From a virus: a DNA stretch of 64,000 nt. The DNA is taken from IMG/VR virus record IMGVR_UViG_3300008261_003175; one strand, written 5' to 3'. Each line of letters begins with the position of its first letter. The first letter of the stretch is position 1. The notes beneath the pieces are model-generated. The model had not been told where the DNA came from, did no database searches, and saw nothing but the letters and a program-made list of their open reading frames with translations. Below, one piece after another: positions 31,465 to 41,794 of this stretch. Made by a program: the position numbers and the translations under genes.

Positions 31465-31773
31465 ATGATTAATAGGTATCAAAATACGAAAGTAACTAAA
31501 ACAGAAAAAGAAGGAAACGAAATATACGTAAATAGCGTGTATCCCGATATACCCTATTCTAATTCTGATGTGTATGTAATAACAACACTGGGAGACAGAT
31601 TGGACATATTCGCCAATAACATATATGGAGATACAAATTTGTGGTGGATAATAGCTTCGGCAAATCAGTTACCAGGCGATTCTCTTGTGCCTCCTATAGG
31701 CATACAATTAAGAATACCTACAGATGTACAACCTATTTTAAACGCTTATAAATCCATAAACATAATTAGATAG
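31465..31773 (+). CDS. LysM-like baseplate wedge protein (gp53/tail protein X-like)
   Basis: GDRLDIFANNIYGDTNLWWIIASAN...QLRIP. Confidence 0.85.
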   Translation: MINRYQNTKVTKTEKEGNEIYVNSVYPDIPYSNSDVYVITTLGDRLDIFANNIYGDTNLWWIIASANQLPGDSLVPPIGIQLRIPTDVQPILNAYKSINIIR

Positions 31774-31774
31774 T

Positions 31775-34700
31775 ATGCCAGAAGGAATGTCAAGTAAGAT
31801 AGGAAACGTTTTTGGTGTAGAGATACCACGTAACCTACAAATACAACTTAAACAGAGAAAGCTAGCAGTTGCAAAGGGAGACGTTAAAAATAATATGGTT
31901 AATGCTGGAGAAATTAGAGACAACGAAACCTTAAAGTATCTAGCGAATAAATCTTCTTGGGTAAGATTGGTTTCCTCTATCAATATATCTAGTAAAGAAG
32001 ACCTAACATATTTTCAAAAATACTTTCCCAATTTAAATATTGACAAACCAGATTCTCTAGCTAAAAACTTTGTGCTATTTGCAGGAACATCAAAATACAA
32101 TACAGCTCAAGTAGCAGATATAAATTCTCCAACTGGCTTTAAAAGTACGGCAAATTATCAACTTAGATCTGGTATAGAGGCGGATGGCGCATATAATATA
32201 TTGGGAGATGCTGAGTGGGAAAGCTATGGAGCAAGACCGATGCCTGGTATAACAGATGTAAAAATAGAAACTATGGGAAAGCTAGGATCTGTTAGATCGG
32301 CTACCATAAGTTTTAATGTCTGGGACAAATATCAATTAGACGTTATAGACGCGCTTTATTTCAAAATGGGATATACTATGTTTTTGGAATGGGGTCACGC
32401 TGTTTACTACGATAAAAAAGGCGATGTACAAACTTCAACCTATTCAATAGTAGATCCTTTTGCTGAAAATATAACTAAAGAAGAGCTAGCTAGACAGATA
32501 GCAGAAGGAGTAGAAGATACCAATGGAAACTACGACGGAATGTTGGGAATGTGCACCAATTTTACTTTTGATTTAAATAAAGAGGGAGGATTTGATTGCA
32601 CAATAAAGTTAATAGCGCTTGGAGGTCTTGCTGATTCTATAAAAATAAATCAATCAAAAAACCTTTCAGAAGACATAAAAGCTGAGCTTGGAGTGCTTGT
32701 TCAAAAAATAAACGCAGACTCTAAACAAAAAGCCAAAGAAGAGTGGCTAAGGCAAAATCAATTTGCGATAGAAACTAGAAACGCTGAAATAGCTGAAAAA
32801 ACAAAAGAAAAACAGGACGCTATTACAAAAGCACAAGCAATATCAGCGGCTAATTTAAAAGGAAAACCTATTCGTACCATAATTGCAGAAGTTTATAAAG
32901 GCATGACTGTGGGTGGTAGAAAAGATCAATTTCAAACAGAGGCTCAACAAAACGCAATGACTGTGCTTGGATCTCAAGGAACAAAAGGCACTTTTGTAGT
33001 ATACGATAAAATATACAATACTACATCAAAAACTGGTTTTGAGCAATCAATAATCTATCTTGATAAGGGATTCGTTTTAATGGATACCGAAGTAGAAACC
33101 AGAGATGATAGTCCAATAAAAAATTCAGATAATTTCGAAAACATAGTTTTAAATACTAAAGTTTTAACTTCTATATTTGAAAGATCAACAGATGGATTTA
33201 AAAGATTAATTCCAAGACCATTACAACAAAAAGCAACAGAGGATATAACAGCCATGGTTTCTAATGGCAAGATTCTTATTAGGGGATATTATCTCTCATC
33301 GACAAACAAAAAATTTTATTACGCATTATCAATAGATTCAGTAGACGCAAATGGAATAACAATTGCTAATAACGATATAATGTTATATCAAACTGGTCGA
33401 TTATTTAATGATGCAAGTAAGACAATAGTAGAAGCGGGTTTACAGAAATGGCTTGATATAATAAAAGCTTATAAGGATGGATATTCTCGCAATCCTGCAA
33501 ACGTTGTAATAGATTTTACGGCAAACCTTCCAGGGGGTCATGTTTGGAATTATGTTGAAGGGGGTTTTTCAAAAACCACCTCTGTACCCGTAAATGGTAC
33601 AAATAATAGCGTAGACGCTAATATAGGCATAGATGTAAGATACATAGACTATACTATAAATTTAGGATTCGTTGAATTGGATATAAAGTCAGAAGAAACT
33701 GCAAATATACAAGCTGGAGCCGGTGGTATTACGTCTCAAACTGCGCCAACTGTTTCGAAAAAACTGGGATTCAAAGTAAGCCTTACATGTTTCGATCCAG
33801 ATATAGTTTCTACTGTAAAATTAAAAGCCGGGGGAAATAATGCTATAGGTAGTGCAGAATTTGAAAAGTTACAAAACGAATTGATCGCCTCGCAATCTCA
33901 AGCTGAAGCACAAACAATAGAAGTTCCTAAACAAATAGAAGTACCAGAAATAAAAATTGAAGAAGTTACAGCTGACGAAGCAACTAAATATCATTCTAAT
34001 TTAGAATATTTTTTAAGAGCTATACAAATACACTCCATAAATAAAACAATATCTACACAAGGATCTAGAACTGCTATAGTTGATTTGGAAGAGAGCGATT
34101 TCATATACAAGCTAATGGCCAAGGGGTTTATACCTCCTGATGTAATAAAAGAATTTTCTAACTCAAAAGGAAGCAAACTTCCTGATAAATGGAAAATAAC
34201 AAATCTAGATAACATATCTGGTTACGATCAAAGACAAAAAACAATATATTCGTTTGCGTCTTATGGATTCAATCATAATCTTATGTCTAGACCAAACTAC
34301 ACTATAGATCAAATTGAAGGCATTCCTCAACATGATTTTTATAACATGTTTCAGTCGTATCTTCCTCCTTTTGAGCCTATTAACAGTTTAGTAAAAGACG
34401 TAAAAATAGGCAGACCTGTTTATATAAAATTAAGCTTATTACTTTTCGCCATAAATCAAATGTGTTTATTGTACGATAGTCCCGATAAAAAAAATGGAGA
34501 TATGTCCCCAAAAGAGCAGTTTCCGATAATGTATCTGGATTTCAATAGATTAACCAATACGTGTTTAACAGAGCCTGCTCAGTTATCAACAGATCCGTAT
34601 AAATTCTTAATAGAATTTAGGTGTAGTAACGATGAATATTTAAAATTGTTTGCCGGCGCTGTTAGTGGAATAGAAGATGAATCAACTGTTCCAGGAGTGA

Positions 34701-36280
34701 TTGACAACATATTAAATAGATTAGGTCAGGGAGGTTTATTCAAACCAGAACAACAAGATACTCTATCTGAGGCTTTACCTGCTTTTAAAGACGTAAGTAA
34801 TATGAATGGAGAAGCGGCGTACACTGGATATTTTATGAATGCACTAGTTAATGTGGACTATCTATTAGATCTTTGTAAAAAATTCTCAAAAGAAGACGAA
34901 TCAGAAAGCGTTTATTTAAAACCGTTTCTGCAACAGTTAATATCGGATATGGGCAAAAGCTTAGGAGACATAAACTTCTTTAGATTAGCGTACAACGATC
35001 AATCTAATTGCATGTATATCACAGATGATCAAGTTCGTCCTCTTCAATCAGGAGAAAGCTACATACCTCTTGTAGACACTACTGCTTATGAAACAACTTC
35101 TGAACTGCCAGTTTTTGGAAAATACAGTATAGCAAAATCTCTATCTATAAAAACAGAAGTCAGTAGCAAACTGTCTAATATGTTGGCAATATCCGCTAAC
35201 TCAAAAAGCAAATCTACAGCTGGTAAAGACGCGACGCCTTTCGGAGTGTATAATGTTAATTTTGTTGATAGATATAAAAAACAAGCTTTAGAAATAGCAG
35301 ATGAAAGAGATCTAAAATCGCCTAACGAAATAAGCAATGCTTTGTTTTTTAATGGGTTCGTTAAATCTATGTTATCGTCGACAAATCCTTCTGTAGATGA
35401 TGTATCTCAAGCCACAAACTATTACATAGATAGAATGAATAAAAGAAAGTCTATAAATCCAGCCACAAAATCATCAGCGATGATACCTGTATCTGTCAAT
35501 ATAACTTTCGAAGGCATATCTGGATTTTATATGGGACACGCTTTTACTATACCTGAACAGTTATTACCGTATGCGTATACTAGACAATCCGTTTTAAGTA
35601 ATGGATCAATTCCAGCAGGAAAAAGAGTAGGTTTTGTGGTTGTAGGAGTTGATCACACACTTCAAGATAATCAATGGTTAACGAATCTAAGAGCTAATAT
35701 GATATTCTTAAAAGATACTCAAGATTTTAGAAACGTCGCAGGCATAAATAGAAATCCTCTAACACAAGGCAGCGCTAATACGTCAACGTATCAATCGACC
35801 GCTGGAGTTTCCGGAACCAATGGAAATTTACCCGCCTCTGATCTAAAACCAATAGGAATAGGTAATTATAAACTACAAATCGATGCCGCTGATGCTTTTA
35901 TAAGAATGGCAGACGCAGCGAGAGCAAAGGGCATAACTCCTGCATTAAATGGCGGGTATAGAACTTTTGAAACTCAGGATAGCATATTTGATTGGGATTT
36001 ATACGTTAACACAGGGGGAAGTAGATCTGACACAGCACAAAATTACAACAAAAATGCACTGAGGAAAAAGAAAGGAACAAATGGTGAAACCGCAGTAGCA
36101 TTTCCAGGACGTTCTAATCACGGTTGGGGTAAAGCTATTGATGCGGCTGGCGCAGAGTGGCAGAAGTTTATAAGAAATCACGGAGTAGAATATGGATGGT
36201 CGTGGTACGAAGGAAGATCAGTAGATGAACCTTGGCATTTTACATACGATCCAACTCAAACAAAAACTTGGCCTATATAA
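31775..36280 (+). CDS. baseplate hub-like protein with C-terminal M15 (VanY-like) Zn peptidase
   Basis: N-terminal PMPGIT / LEWGH / NYDGMLG hub-type motifs; C-terminal GYRT..Q, SNHGWGKAID, EPWHF. Confidence 0.75.
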   Translation: MPEGMSSKIGNVFGVEIPRNLQIQLKQRKLAVAKGDVKNNMVNAGEIRDNETLKYLANKSSWVRLVSSINISSKEDLTYFQKYFPNLNIDKPDSLAKNFVLFAGTSKYNTAQVADINSPTGFKSTANYQLRSGIEADGAYNILGDAEWESYGARPMPGITDVKIETMGKLGSVRSATISFNVWDKYQLDVIDALYFKMGYTMFLEWGHAVYYDKKGDVQTSTYSIVDPFAENITKEELARQIAEGVEDTNGNYDGMLGMCTNFTFDLNKEGGFDCTIKLIALGGLADSIKINQSKNLSEDIKAELGVLVQKINADSKQKAKEEWLRQNQFAIETRNAEIAEKTKEKQDAITKAQAISAANLKGKPIRTIIAEVYKGMTVGGRKDQFQTEAQQNAMTVLGSQGTKGTFVVYDKIYNTTSKTGFEQSIIYLDKGFVLMDTEVETRDDSPIKNSDNFENIVLNTKVLTSIFERSTDGFKRLIPRPLQQKATEDITAMVSNGKILIRGYYLSSTNKKFYYALSIDSVDANGITIANNDIMLYQTGRLFNDASKTIVEAGLQKWLDIIKAYKDGYSRNPANVVIDFTANLPGGHVWNYVEGGFSKTTSVPVNGTNNSVDANIGIDVRYIDYTINLGFVELDIKSEETANIQAGAGGITSQTAPTVSKKLGFKVSLTCFDPDIVSTVKLKAGGNNAIGSAEFEKLQNELIASQSQAEAQTIEVPKQIEVPEIKIEEVTADEATKYHSNLEYFLRAIQIHSINKTISTQGSRTAIVDLEESDFIYKLMAKGFIPPDVIKEFSNSKGSKLPDKWKITNLDNISGYDQRQKTIYSFASYGFNHNLMSRPNYTIDQIEGIPQHDFYNMFQSYLPPFEPINSLVKDVKIGRPVYIKLSLLLFAINQMCLLYDSPDKKNGDMSPKEQFPIMYLDFNRLTNTCLTEPAQLSTDPYKFLIEFRCSNDEYLKLFAGAVSGIEDESTVPGVIDNILNRLGQGGLFKPEQQDTLSEALPAFKDVSNMNGEAAYTGYFMNALVNVDYLLDLCKKFSKEDESESVYLKPFLQQLISDMGKSLGDINFFRLAYNDQSNCMYITDDQVRPLQSGESYIPLVDTTAYETTSELPVFGKYSIAKSLSIKTEVSSKLSNMLAISANSKSKSTAGKDATPFGVYNVNFVDRYKKQALEIADERDLKSPNEISNALFFNGFVKSMLSSTNPSVDDVSQATNYYIDRMNKRKSINPATKSSAMIPVSVNITFEGISGFYMGHAFTIPEQLLPYAYTRQSVLSNGSIPAGKRVGFVVVGVDHTLQDNQWLTNLRANMIFLKDTQDFRNVAGINRNPLTQGSANTSTYQSTAGVSGTNGNLPASDLKPIGIGNYKLQIDAADAFIRMADAARAKGITPALNGGYRTFETQDSIFDWDLYVNTGGSRSDTAQNYNKNALRKKKGTNGETAVAFPGRSNHGWGKAIDAAGAEWQKFIRNHGVEYGWSWYEGRSVDEPWHFTYDPTQTKTWPI

Positions 36281-36292
36281 AAATAAATTAAG

Positions 36293-36940
36293 ATGGCACT
36301 AAGATATTATCCTCTATCAAAAATAAAAGCTAATCAAAATTCCACTGGACTGGAGTATTTGTTAGATGGCAAACCATACACTGGAAAATACTATACAACT
36401 TTCGATGGAAAGGCATTTACTGGTGCAAATCCAGTAATTGGAACAAATCAACTTCTACAAAAAATGCCTCTCCCATCCAGAACCTATAATGAGGAAGTAT
36501 CAAATTTACCAAATGATGTAAAATCTAGGTTAGAAAATAATACGAAGTCTAACACCTTAGCTGAACCAAATAGTCAATTAAAAGATCGACCAACAGCATA
36601 TCATTTGAAGTTAATTGAAGATGACTATAAAAAGGGATATATAATAAGATATTTCACTAAAAAAGTCAATTCCCCAGGATACGTAATAGAAATATCGCCT
36701 TACGAATACTCAATGATACAAAACGGAACAGTGCCTTATGACATTTCTTTTTGGCAAATTTTAGAAATATTTTGGAAATTGACAGGCCCATTAAATAGAA
36801 AAGTTGTATCAGAGTATAATATTAGAGCAGGCATAATAGACACAAACAAGCGATTAATAGAAAATGCCAATAAGACATTTATTGGAATAAAAGAATTTAT
36901 TGGAGAGGATTATGCGAAATATGCTAAGCCCACAGAATAA
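36293..36940 (+). CDS. hypothetical protein, baseplate region
   Basis: 215-aa ORF at the end of the tail operon. Confidence 0.7.
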   Translation: MALRYYPLSKIKANQNSTGLEYLLDGKPYTGKYYTTFDGKAFTGANPVIGTNQLLQKMPLPSRTYNEEVSNLPNDVKSRLENNTKSNTLAEPNSQLKDRPTAYHLKLIEDDYKKGYIIRYFTKKVNSPGYVIEISPYEYSMIQNGTVPYDISFWQILEIFWKLTGPLNRKVVSEYNIRAGIIDTNKRLIENANKTFIGIKEFIGEDYAKYAKPTE

Positions 36941-36994
36941 ATAAATTTTTATTATTCGCTTTTATTGGTTATTTTGGATCTAAATTAAAAGGTT

Positions 36995-38293
36995 ATGTAT
37001 TTTGTTGTAGAACATATCGATCAGCTGTCTCAAATGACGCCAAGCGATTCCTGTTTCATTCAGGCGATACCTCTCAACGACAACTATCATCCAAAATTAA
37101 GCTCACTCTCACTAATATACTACAATGACTTTAAAAAAGGATATATTTTCGTAGTGAACCACTCTGAAGGCTTTCACTTAGAACTAGATAGGATAGAAAC
37201 ATTCATAAGTCAACACAAGAAAGTTTACGTATTAGATAAGAAATTCCATTCATATTTTCTCAATACAGAAAATTACATAGATTTGCAATTTGTTAATATG
37301 AATCAAAGTGGCAAGTTCGAAGAGTTTGATTGCAATACTGTAGTACACAGAGACTTCTACCAGAAGTATCCAGAAGATCCCAATCTAAACAGAATAATTC
37401 CCATAAGCAAACACTATGAGAAATGTGAATGCCTGTTAAATAAGCTCCTACATCTTCTGGAGTTAGAGACAAATGTAGAAATGGAAGAGAGATTGGTGAA
37501 AGCATATAAAAAAGTAGAGGAGATTGGAATTGCTATAGACGAAATATCGTTTAATAAAATCTACAAGCCTAATATAGAAGATTATTCAATAAAAAATGAA
37601 TTAATATATGGATCTTACAATTTGTATAATGTTACTGGCAGACCAACAAATGCTTTTAATGGAGTTAACTTCTTGGCTATACCCAAAGATCAAGAGCATA
37701 GAAAATGTTTCGTTCCAAAAAATGATTTGCTCGTAGAATTCGATTTCGATTCTTATCACTTAAGATTGATTGCTCAATTAACAGGATACGTATTTCCTGA
37801 CGGTAAATCAATACATGTGCAATTAGGAAAGCAATATTTCAAAACATCAGTTCTTTCAGAAAAAGAATACAAACTCTCAAAAGAAATTACCTTCAAACAA
37901 CTTTACGGAGGAATAGAAGAGCAATACAAAGAAATTCCTTTTTTTGCTTCACTAAGTAATTATATTGAAACGGAATGGAAAAAATACAATACATTTGGAG
38001 CAGTAGTCTTGCCGACAGGGAGGACAATAAAGAAAACACAGGGGCTGAGCAAGCTGCAACTATTCAACTACATAGTTCAAAACATGGAGACAAAACAAAA
38101 TGTAGAAAAGATAGAAGCGCTGCAAGAATATTTAGAAGATAAAAAAACAAAATTGATATTAATAACTTACGATTCTTTTCTTTTTGATTTTTCTGCTGAC
38201 GATGGCAAACAAACACTGATCGATATAAAAAACATACTCCAACAAGGAGATATGATTGTTAAACACAAATACGGGAAAGATTACTCTTTCTAG
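36995..38293 (+). CDS. divergent family-A DNA polymerase-like protein
   Basis: TGRPTN, motif A DFDSYHLR, motif B SKEITFKQLYGG, NYIVQ, motif C YDS; only 432 aa with no clear exonuclease motifs. Confidence 0.75.
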   Translation: MYFVVEHIDQLSQMTPSDSCFIQAIPLNDNYHPKLSSLSLIYYNDFKKGYIFVVNHSEGFHLELDRIETFISQHKKVYVLDKKFHSYFLNTENYIDLQFVNMNQSGKFEEFDCNTVVHRDFYQKYPEDPNLNRIIPISKHYEKCECLLNKLLHLLELETNVEMEERLVKAYKKVEEIGIAIDEISFNKIYKPNIEDYSIKNELIYGSYNLYNVTGRPTNAFNGVNFLAIPKDQEHRKCFVPKNDLLVEFDFDSYHLRLIAQLTGYVFPDGKSIHVQLGKQYFKTSVLSEKEYKLSKEITFKQLYGGIEEQYKEIPFFASLSNYIETEWKKYNTFGAVVLPTGRTIKKTQGLSKLQLFNYIVQNMETKQNVEKIEALQEYLEDKKTKLILITYDSFLFDFSADDGKQTLIDIKNILQQGDMIVKHKYGKDYSF

Positions 38294-38328
38294 TAAAAAC
38301 TACATATTTATAAACGGAAACACAGGTT

Positions 38329-38751
38329 ATGGAAGAAATACTATACTTACACCAACTAGACATGTCGAATAAACTTTTTTGTACCTTTTCTCCAAAAGAT
38401 CAAATAGACGAAAAACTTGCGGAAATAAATAAAGAGTACAAAATACTTTACGGTAAAATATTTGTCCTTTCTTCACCAGAATCTGATGAATATCTTTGCA
38501 CATACAACATAGAACCAGAAAACAAGGAAACTAGAATCCTACCAAATACAATCCTTTTGCACAGAAAAAAGGAAAGCAACACACTCTACACAATTAATGC
38601 GTTGAACATATTGATCAAATCGATCAACAACGGAGTTTTAGATCCTACATTTCCAATACCTTGGAAAGAATACCAAAACAGTGTCCTTTTGACACAAGAT
38701 TCCAATTTGAGAAGATTAAATACGTTGATACACAAAATTGTCACCGTATAA
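38329..38751 (+). CDS. hypothetical protein
   Basis: 140 aa; preceded by ATATTTAT. Confidence 0.7.
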   Translation: MEEILYLHQLDMSNKLFCTFSPKDQIDEKLAEINKEYKILYGKIFVLSSPESDEYLCTYNIEPENKETRILPNTILLHRKKESNTLYTINALNILIKSINNGVLDPTFPIPWKEYQNSVLLTQDSNLRRLNTLIHKIVTV

Positions 38752-38804
38752 TTGAATTTTTTTTATTCAAGAAACAGTTATATATTTAAAAAAACAATTA
38801 AGTT

Positions 38805-39623
38805 ATGGATTTATCGAGTTTAAAAAACAGGTTAGCCGCGTTGCAAAATCCGCGCGGAGGGCAAAAGAAGGACTTTAGCCTAACGATTTGGAAGCCTACA
38901 GTAGGTAAGCATTCAATCAGAATCGTTCCTTCTGCCTACAACAGGCAGAATCCTTTTAAGGAAGTATTCATTCACTACGGAATCGGGAACAAAATGATGG
39001 TGTCTCCAAGCACCTTCGGTGAAAAAGATCCAATTATTGAATTTGCACAGGGTTTGAGAAAATCTAGCGAAAAAGACAATTGGTCTCTTGCAAAAAAATT
39101 GGAACCAAAATTAAGAGTATTTGTCCCTGTAATTGTAAGAGGTGAAGAGGACAAAGGCGTTAGACTTTGGGAATTTGGTAAACAAGTTTACATGGATTTG
39201 CTTTCTCTCGTAGAAGACGAAGACGTAGGCGATTACACAGATCCTATTCAAGGTAGAGACATCACTGTCGAAACTTCTGGAAAGGAAACAACTGGATTGA
39301 TGTACAACACATCTACAGTTCGTGTTAGAACCAAAATCACGCCTCTTTCTGAAGATGCTGATAGAGTTAAATTGTGGTTGGAAACTCAACCCGATCCAAC
39401 GACTCTGTTTAAGCGCTTCTCTTACGAAGAAATGAAAGCCGCTTTGCTATCTCACCTTCATCCTGAGGAAGAGATTAAGCAACAGGCTGATTCTGTAGAA
39501 GAGAAAGAAGACGTTGGAGATTTGCCTTGGCAAACACCAGCTCCTTCCGCAGCAAAGTACTCACTTAACACACAAAAATCCAACATTGATTCCAAAATCG
39601 ATGATTTATTTGGAGATTTGTAA
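38805..39623 (+). CDS. single-stranded DNA-binding protein (gp32-like)
   Basis: IWKP..G...IRIVP, LWEFGKQVY, DP..GRDI motifs; acidic tail ending DDLFGDL. Confidence 0.8.
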   Translation: MDLSSLKNRLAALQNPRGGQKKDFSLTIWKPTVGKHSIRIVPSAYNRQNPFKEVFIHYGIGNKMMVSPSTFGEKDPIIEFAQGLRKSSEKDNWSLAKKLEPKLRVFVPVIVRGEEDKGVRLWEFGKQVYMDLLSLVEDEDVGDYTDPIQGRDITVETSGKETTGLMYNTSTVRVRTKITPLSEDADRVKLWLETQPDPTTLFKRFSYEEMKAALLSHLHPEEEIKQQADSVEEKEDVGDLPWQTPAPSAAKYSLNTQKSNIDSKIDDLFGDL

Positions 39624-39634
39624 ACCACTCACAA

Positions 39635-39666
39635 GTCCCCTCTAAATCGATAGAGGGGATTTTTTT
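39635..39666 (+). terminator. intrinsic terminator
   Basis: GTCCCCTCTA-AATCGA-TAGAGGGGAT plus T-run. Confidence 0.85.
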
Positions 39667-39677
39667 AAAACAAGTTT

Positions 39678-40754
39678 ATGGCAAAAGCAACAAAAACAGT
39701 TAACGCAACCGTGTCCCAAGCGATAAAGGGAAATTTCAATTTAGATAGTTTTAAAAAGTCCAAAAACTTGAGTTCTACATCTGTTAAATTCAAGGATCAA
39801 AAGTGGATCCCGCTATCTACAGCATTTCAAGATGCATTACAAATACCAGGGATTCCTATTGGACACATTACGTTATTAAGAGGTCACTCAGATACAGGAA
39901 AAACAACAGCTCTATTGGAAGCAGCAGTTTCTTGTCAAAAAATGGGTATTCTGCCAGTTTTCATTATCACAGAGATGAAATGGTCATGGGAGCACGCAAG
40001 ACAGATGGGACTACAATTCAACGAAGTCGCAGACTCTGACGGTGTAGTATCCGATTACAATGGATTCTTTATATTCGTAGATAGAGAAAAACTAAACTGC
40101 ATCGAAGACGTATCAGCTTTCATAGCAGATATTTTAGATGAACAAAAGAGGGGCAATCTACCTTACGATTTGTGCTTCTTCTGGGATTCAGTAGGATCTA
40201 TTCCTTGCAGAATGAGTTTAGAGAAATCTACGAACAACAACGAATGGAACGCAGGAGCAATGAGTCAGCAATTTGGTAACTTTATCAATCAGAGAGTTAT
40301 CCTATCCAGAAAAGAAAGTCAACAATATACAAATACCATGGTTGCAATCAACAAAGTTTGGGTCGCAAAACCTGAAACTATTATGAGCCAACCTAAATTG
40401 TGTAATAAAGGCGGAAATACTATGTACTTCGATGCTTCTTTGGTTATTACATTCGGTAATATTGCTTCCTCAGGAACAAACAAGATCAAAGCGACCAAAG
40501 GAGGTAAAGAAGTCGAATTCGCTAAGCGAACAAAAATAAGCTGCGATAAGAATCACGTAACTGGGGTTACAGCGGTAACAAAAGTTATTATGACAGTTCA
40601 CGGATTCATCTTTGACGATAAAAAAGATCTAGATAAGTACAAATTAACTCACGCTGATGAATGGAGTCAAGTGCTCGGTTCTGGACCTTTCGAAGTAATT
40701 GAAGAGGTAGAAGATTCTACAATTAAGGCTGACATATTTGATAACGAAGATTAA
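39678..40754 (+). CDS. RecA/UvsX-like recombinase
   Basis: GIPIGHITLLRGHSDTGKT Walker A; WDSVGS Walker B; KGGNTMYF. Confidence 0.85.
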   Translation: MAKATKTVNATVSQAIKGNFNLDSFKKSKNLSSTSVKFKDQKWIPLSTAFQDALQIPGIPIGHITLLRGHSDTGKTTALLEAAVSCQKMGILPVFIITEMKWSWEHARQMGLQFNEVADSDGVVSDYNGFFIFVDREKLNCIEDVSAFIADILDEQKRGNLPYDLCFFWDSVGSIPCRMSLEKSTNNNEWNAGAMSQQFGNFINQRVILSRKESQQYTNTMVAINKVWVAKPETIMSQPKLCNKGGNTMYFDASLVITFGNIASSGTNKIKATKGGKEVEFAKRTKISCDKNHVTGVTAVTKVIMTVHGFIFDDKKDLDKYKLTHADEWSQVLGSGPFEVIEEVEDSTIKADIFDNED

Positions 40755-40763
40755 TAAAAAATT

Positions 40764-41777
40764 ATGAAAAAAGATTTCCAAGATATTTTTGACTCTCTAA
40801 AAGATGAGAAGTTGGATCTATCAGTAAACAGCAGAGTTCTAATCCTTGATGGATTGAACACATTTTTAAGGTGTTTTGCCGTAATAAGACACATAAATAT
40901 CTCTGGAAATCCCATCGGTGGATTAACGGGATTCTTGAGATCGCTATCTTATATGATGGGTCTCGTTAAGCCCACTAGAGTCATAGTAGTTTTCGATGGA
41001 CAAGGTAATTCTACAAACAAGAAGTATCTTTATCCAGAATACAAAGCAAATAGAGGTCACACAAGAGTAACTAATTGGGATGCCTACGAAAATCACGAAG
41101 AAGAGTCTGAATCAATGAAAGCTCAACTAGTGAGATTGGTAGAGTATCTCAAGCTGTTACCTATTGATTTGTTAGTTATAGACAAGATTGAAGCAGACGA
41201 CGTTATTGGACATTTGGCTCAAACAATAGATGGCAAAGTGTGGATAGCTTCATCAGATAGAGATTATCTTCAATTGGTTTCTGACAGAGTAACAGTATTC
41301 TCACCAACAAAAAAGAAGTTCTACGATCAGCAAATGGTGCTTAATGAGTACGGAGTCACTTCTCAAAACTTCTTAACACAGAAAGTTCTACTTGGGGACA
41401 GCGGAGATAACGTCCCTGGAGTTAAAGGCTTAGGCTCTAAGACATTGATTAAGTTATTTCCCGAACTCTCTGGCGAAGACGAGGTGAGCATAGAAGAGAT
41501 ATTAGATAAATGTAAAAAAGAAGATAAAAAGCTGCATTCAAGCATACTTGCTTTTGAGAGACAGCTTCATATTAATAAGCAATTGATGAACTTAAAAGAA
41601 ATTAATATACCAGCGGAAGCACTCGAAGAAATAAATAGTCTTATACTTAATCCGAATAAAGAGATGGATTCCCTGGAATTTGTAAAATTATACAATGAGG
41701 ATAACTTAGGTAATTCTATAAACAACATACAAGCGTGGTTGTTCAATAATTTTAAAACGATTCAACATTATAAATAA
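40764..41777 (+). CDS. 5'-3' exonuclease / flap endonuclease (PolI N-terminal domain, T4 RNase H-like)
   Basis: ILDGLN, VVFDG, YPEYKANR, EADDVIG, SSDRDYLQL, GDSGDNVPGVKGLG. Confidence 0.93.
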   Translation: MKKDFQDIFDSLKDEKLDLSVNSRVLILDGLNTFLRCFAVIRHINISGNPIGGLTGFLRSLSYMMGLVKPTRVIVVFDGQGNSTNKKYLYPEYKANRGHTRVTNWDAYENHEEESESMKAQLVRLVEYLKLLPIDLLVIDKIEADDVIGHLAQTIDGKVWIASSDRDYLQLVSDRVTVFSPTKKKFYDQQMVLNEYGVTSQNFLTQKVLLGDSGDNVPGVKGLGSKTLIKLFPELSGEDEVSIEEILDKCKKEDKKLHSSILAFERQLHINKQLMNLKEINIPAEALEEINSLILNPNKEMDSLEFVKLYNEDNLGNSINNIQAWLFNNFKTIQHYK

Positions 41778-41794
41778 AAATAAACAAACAAGTT

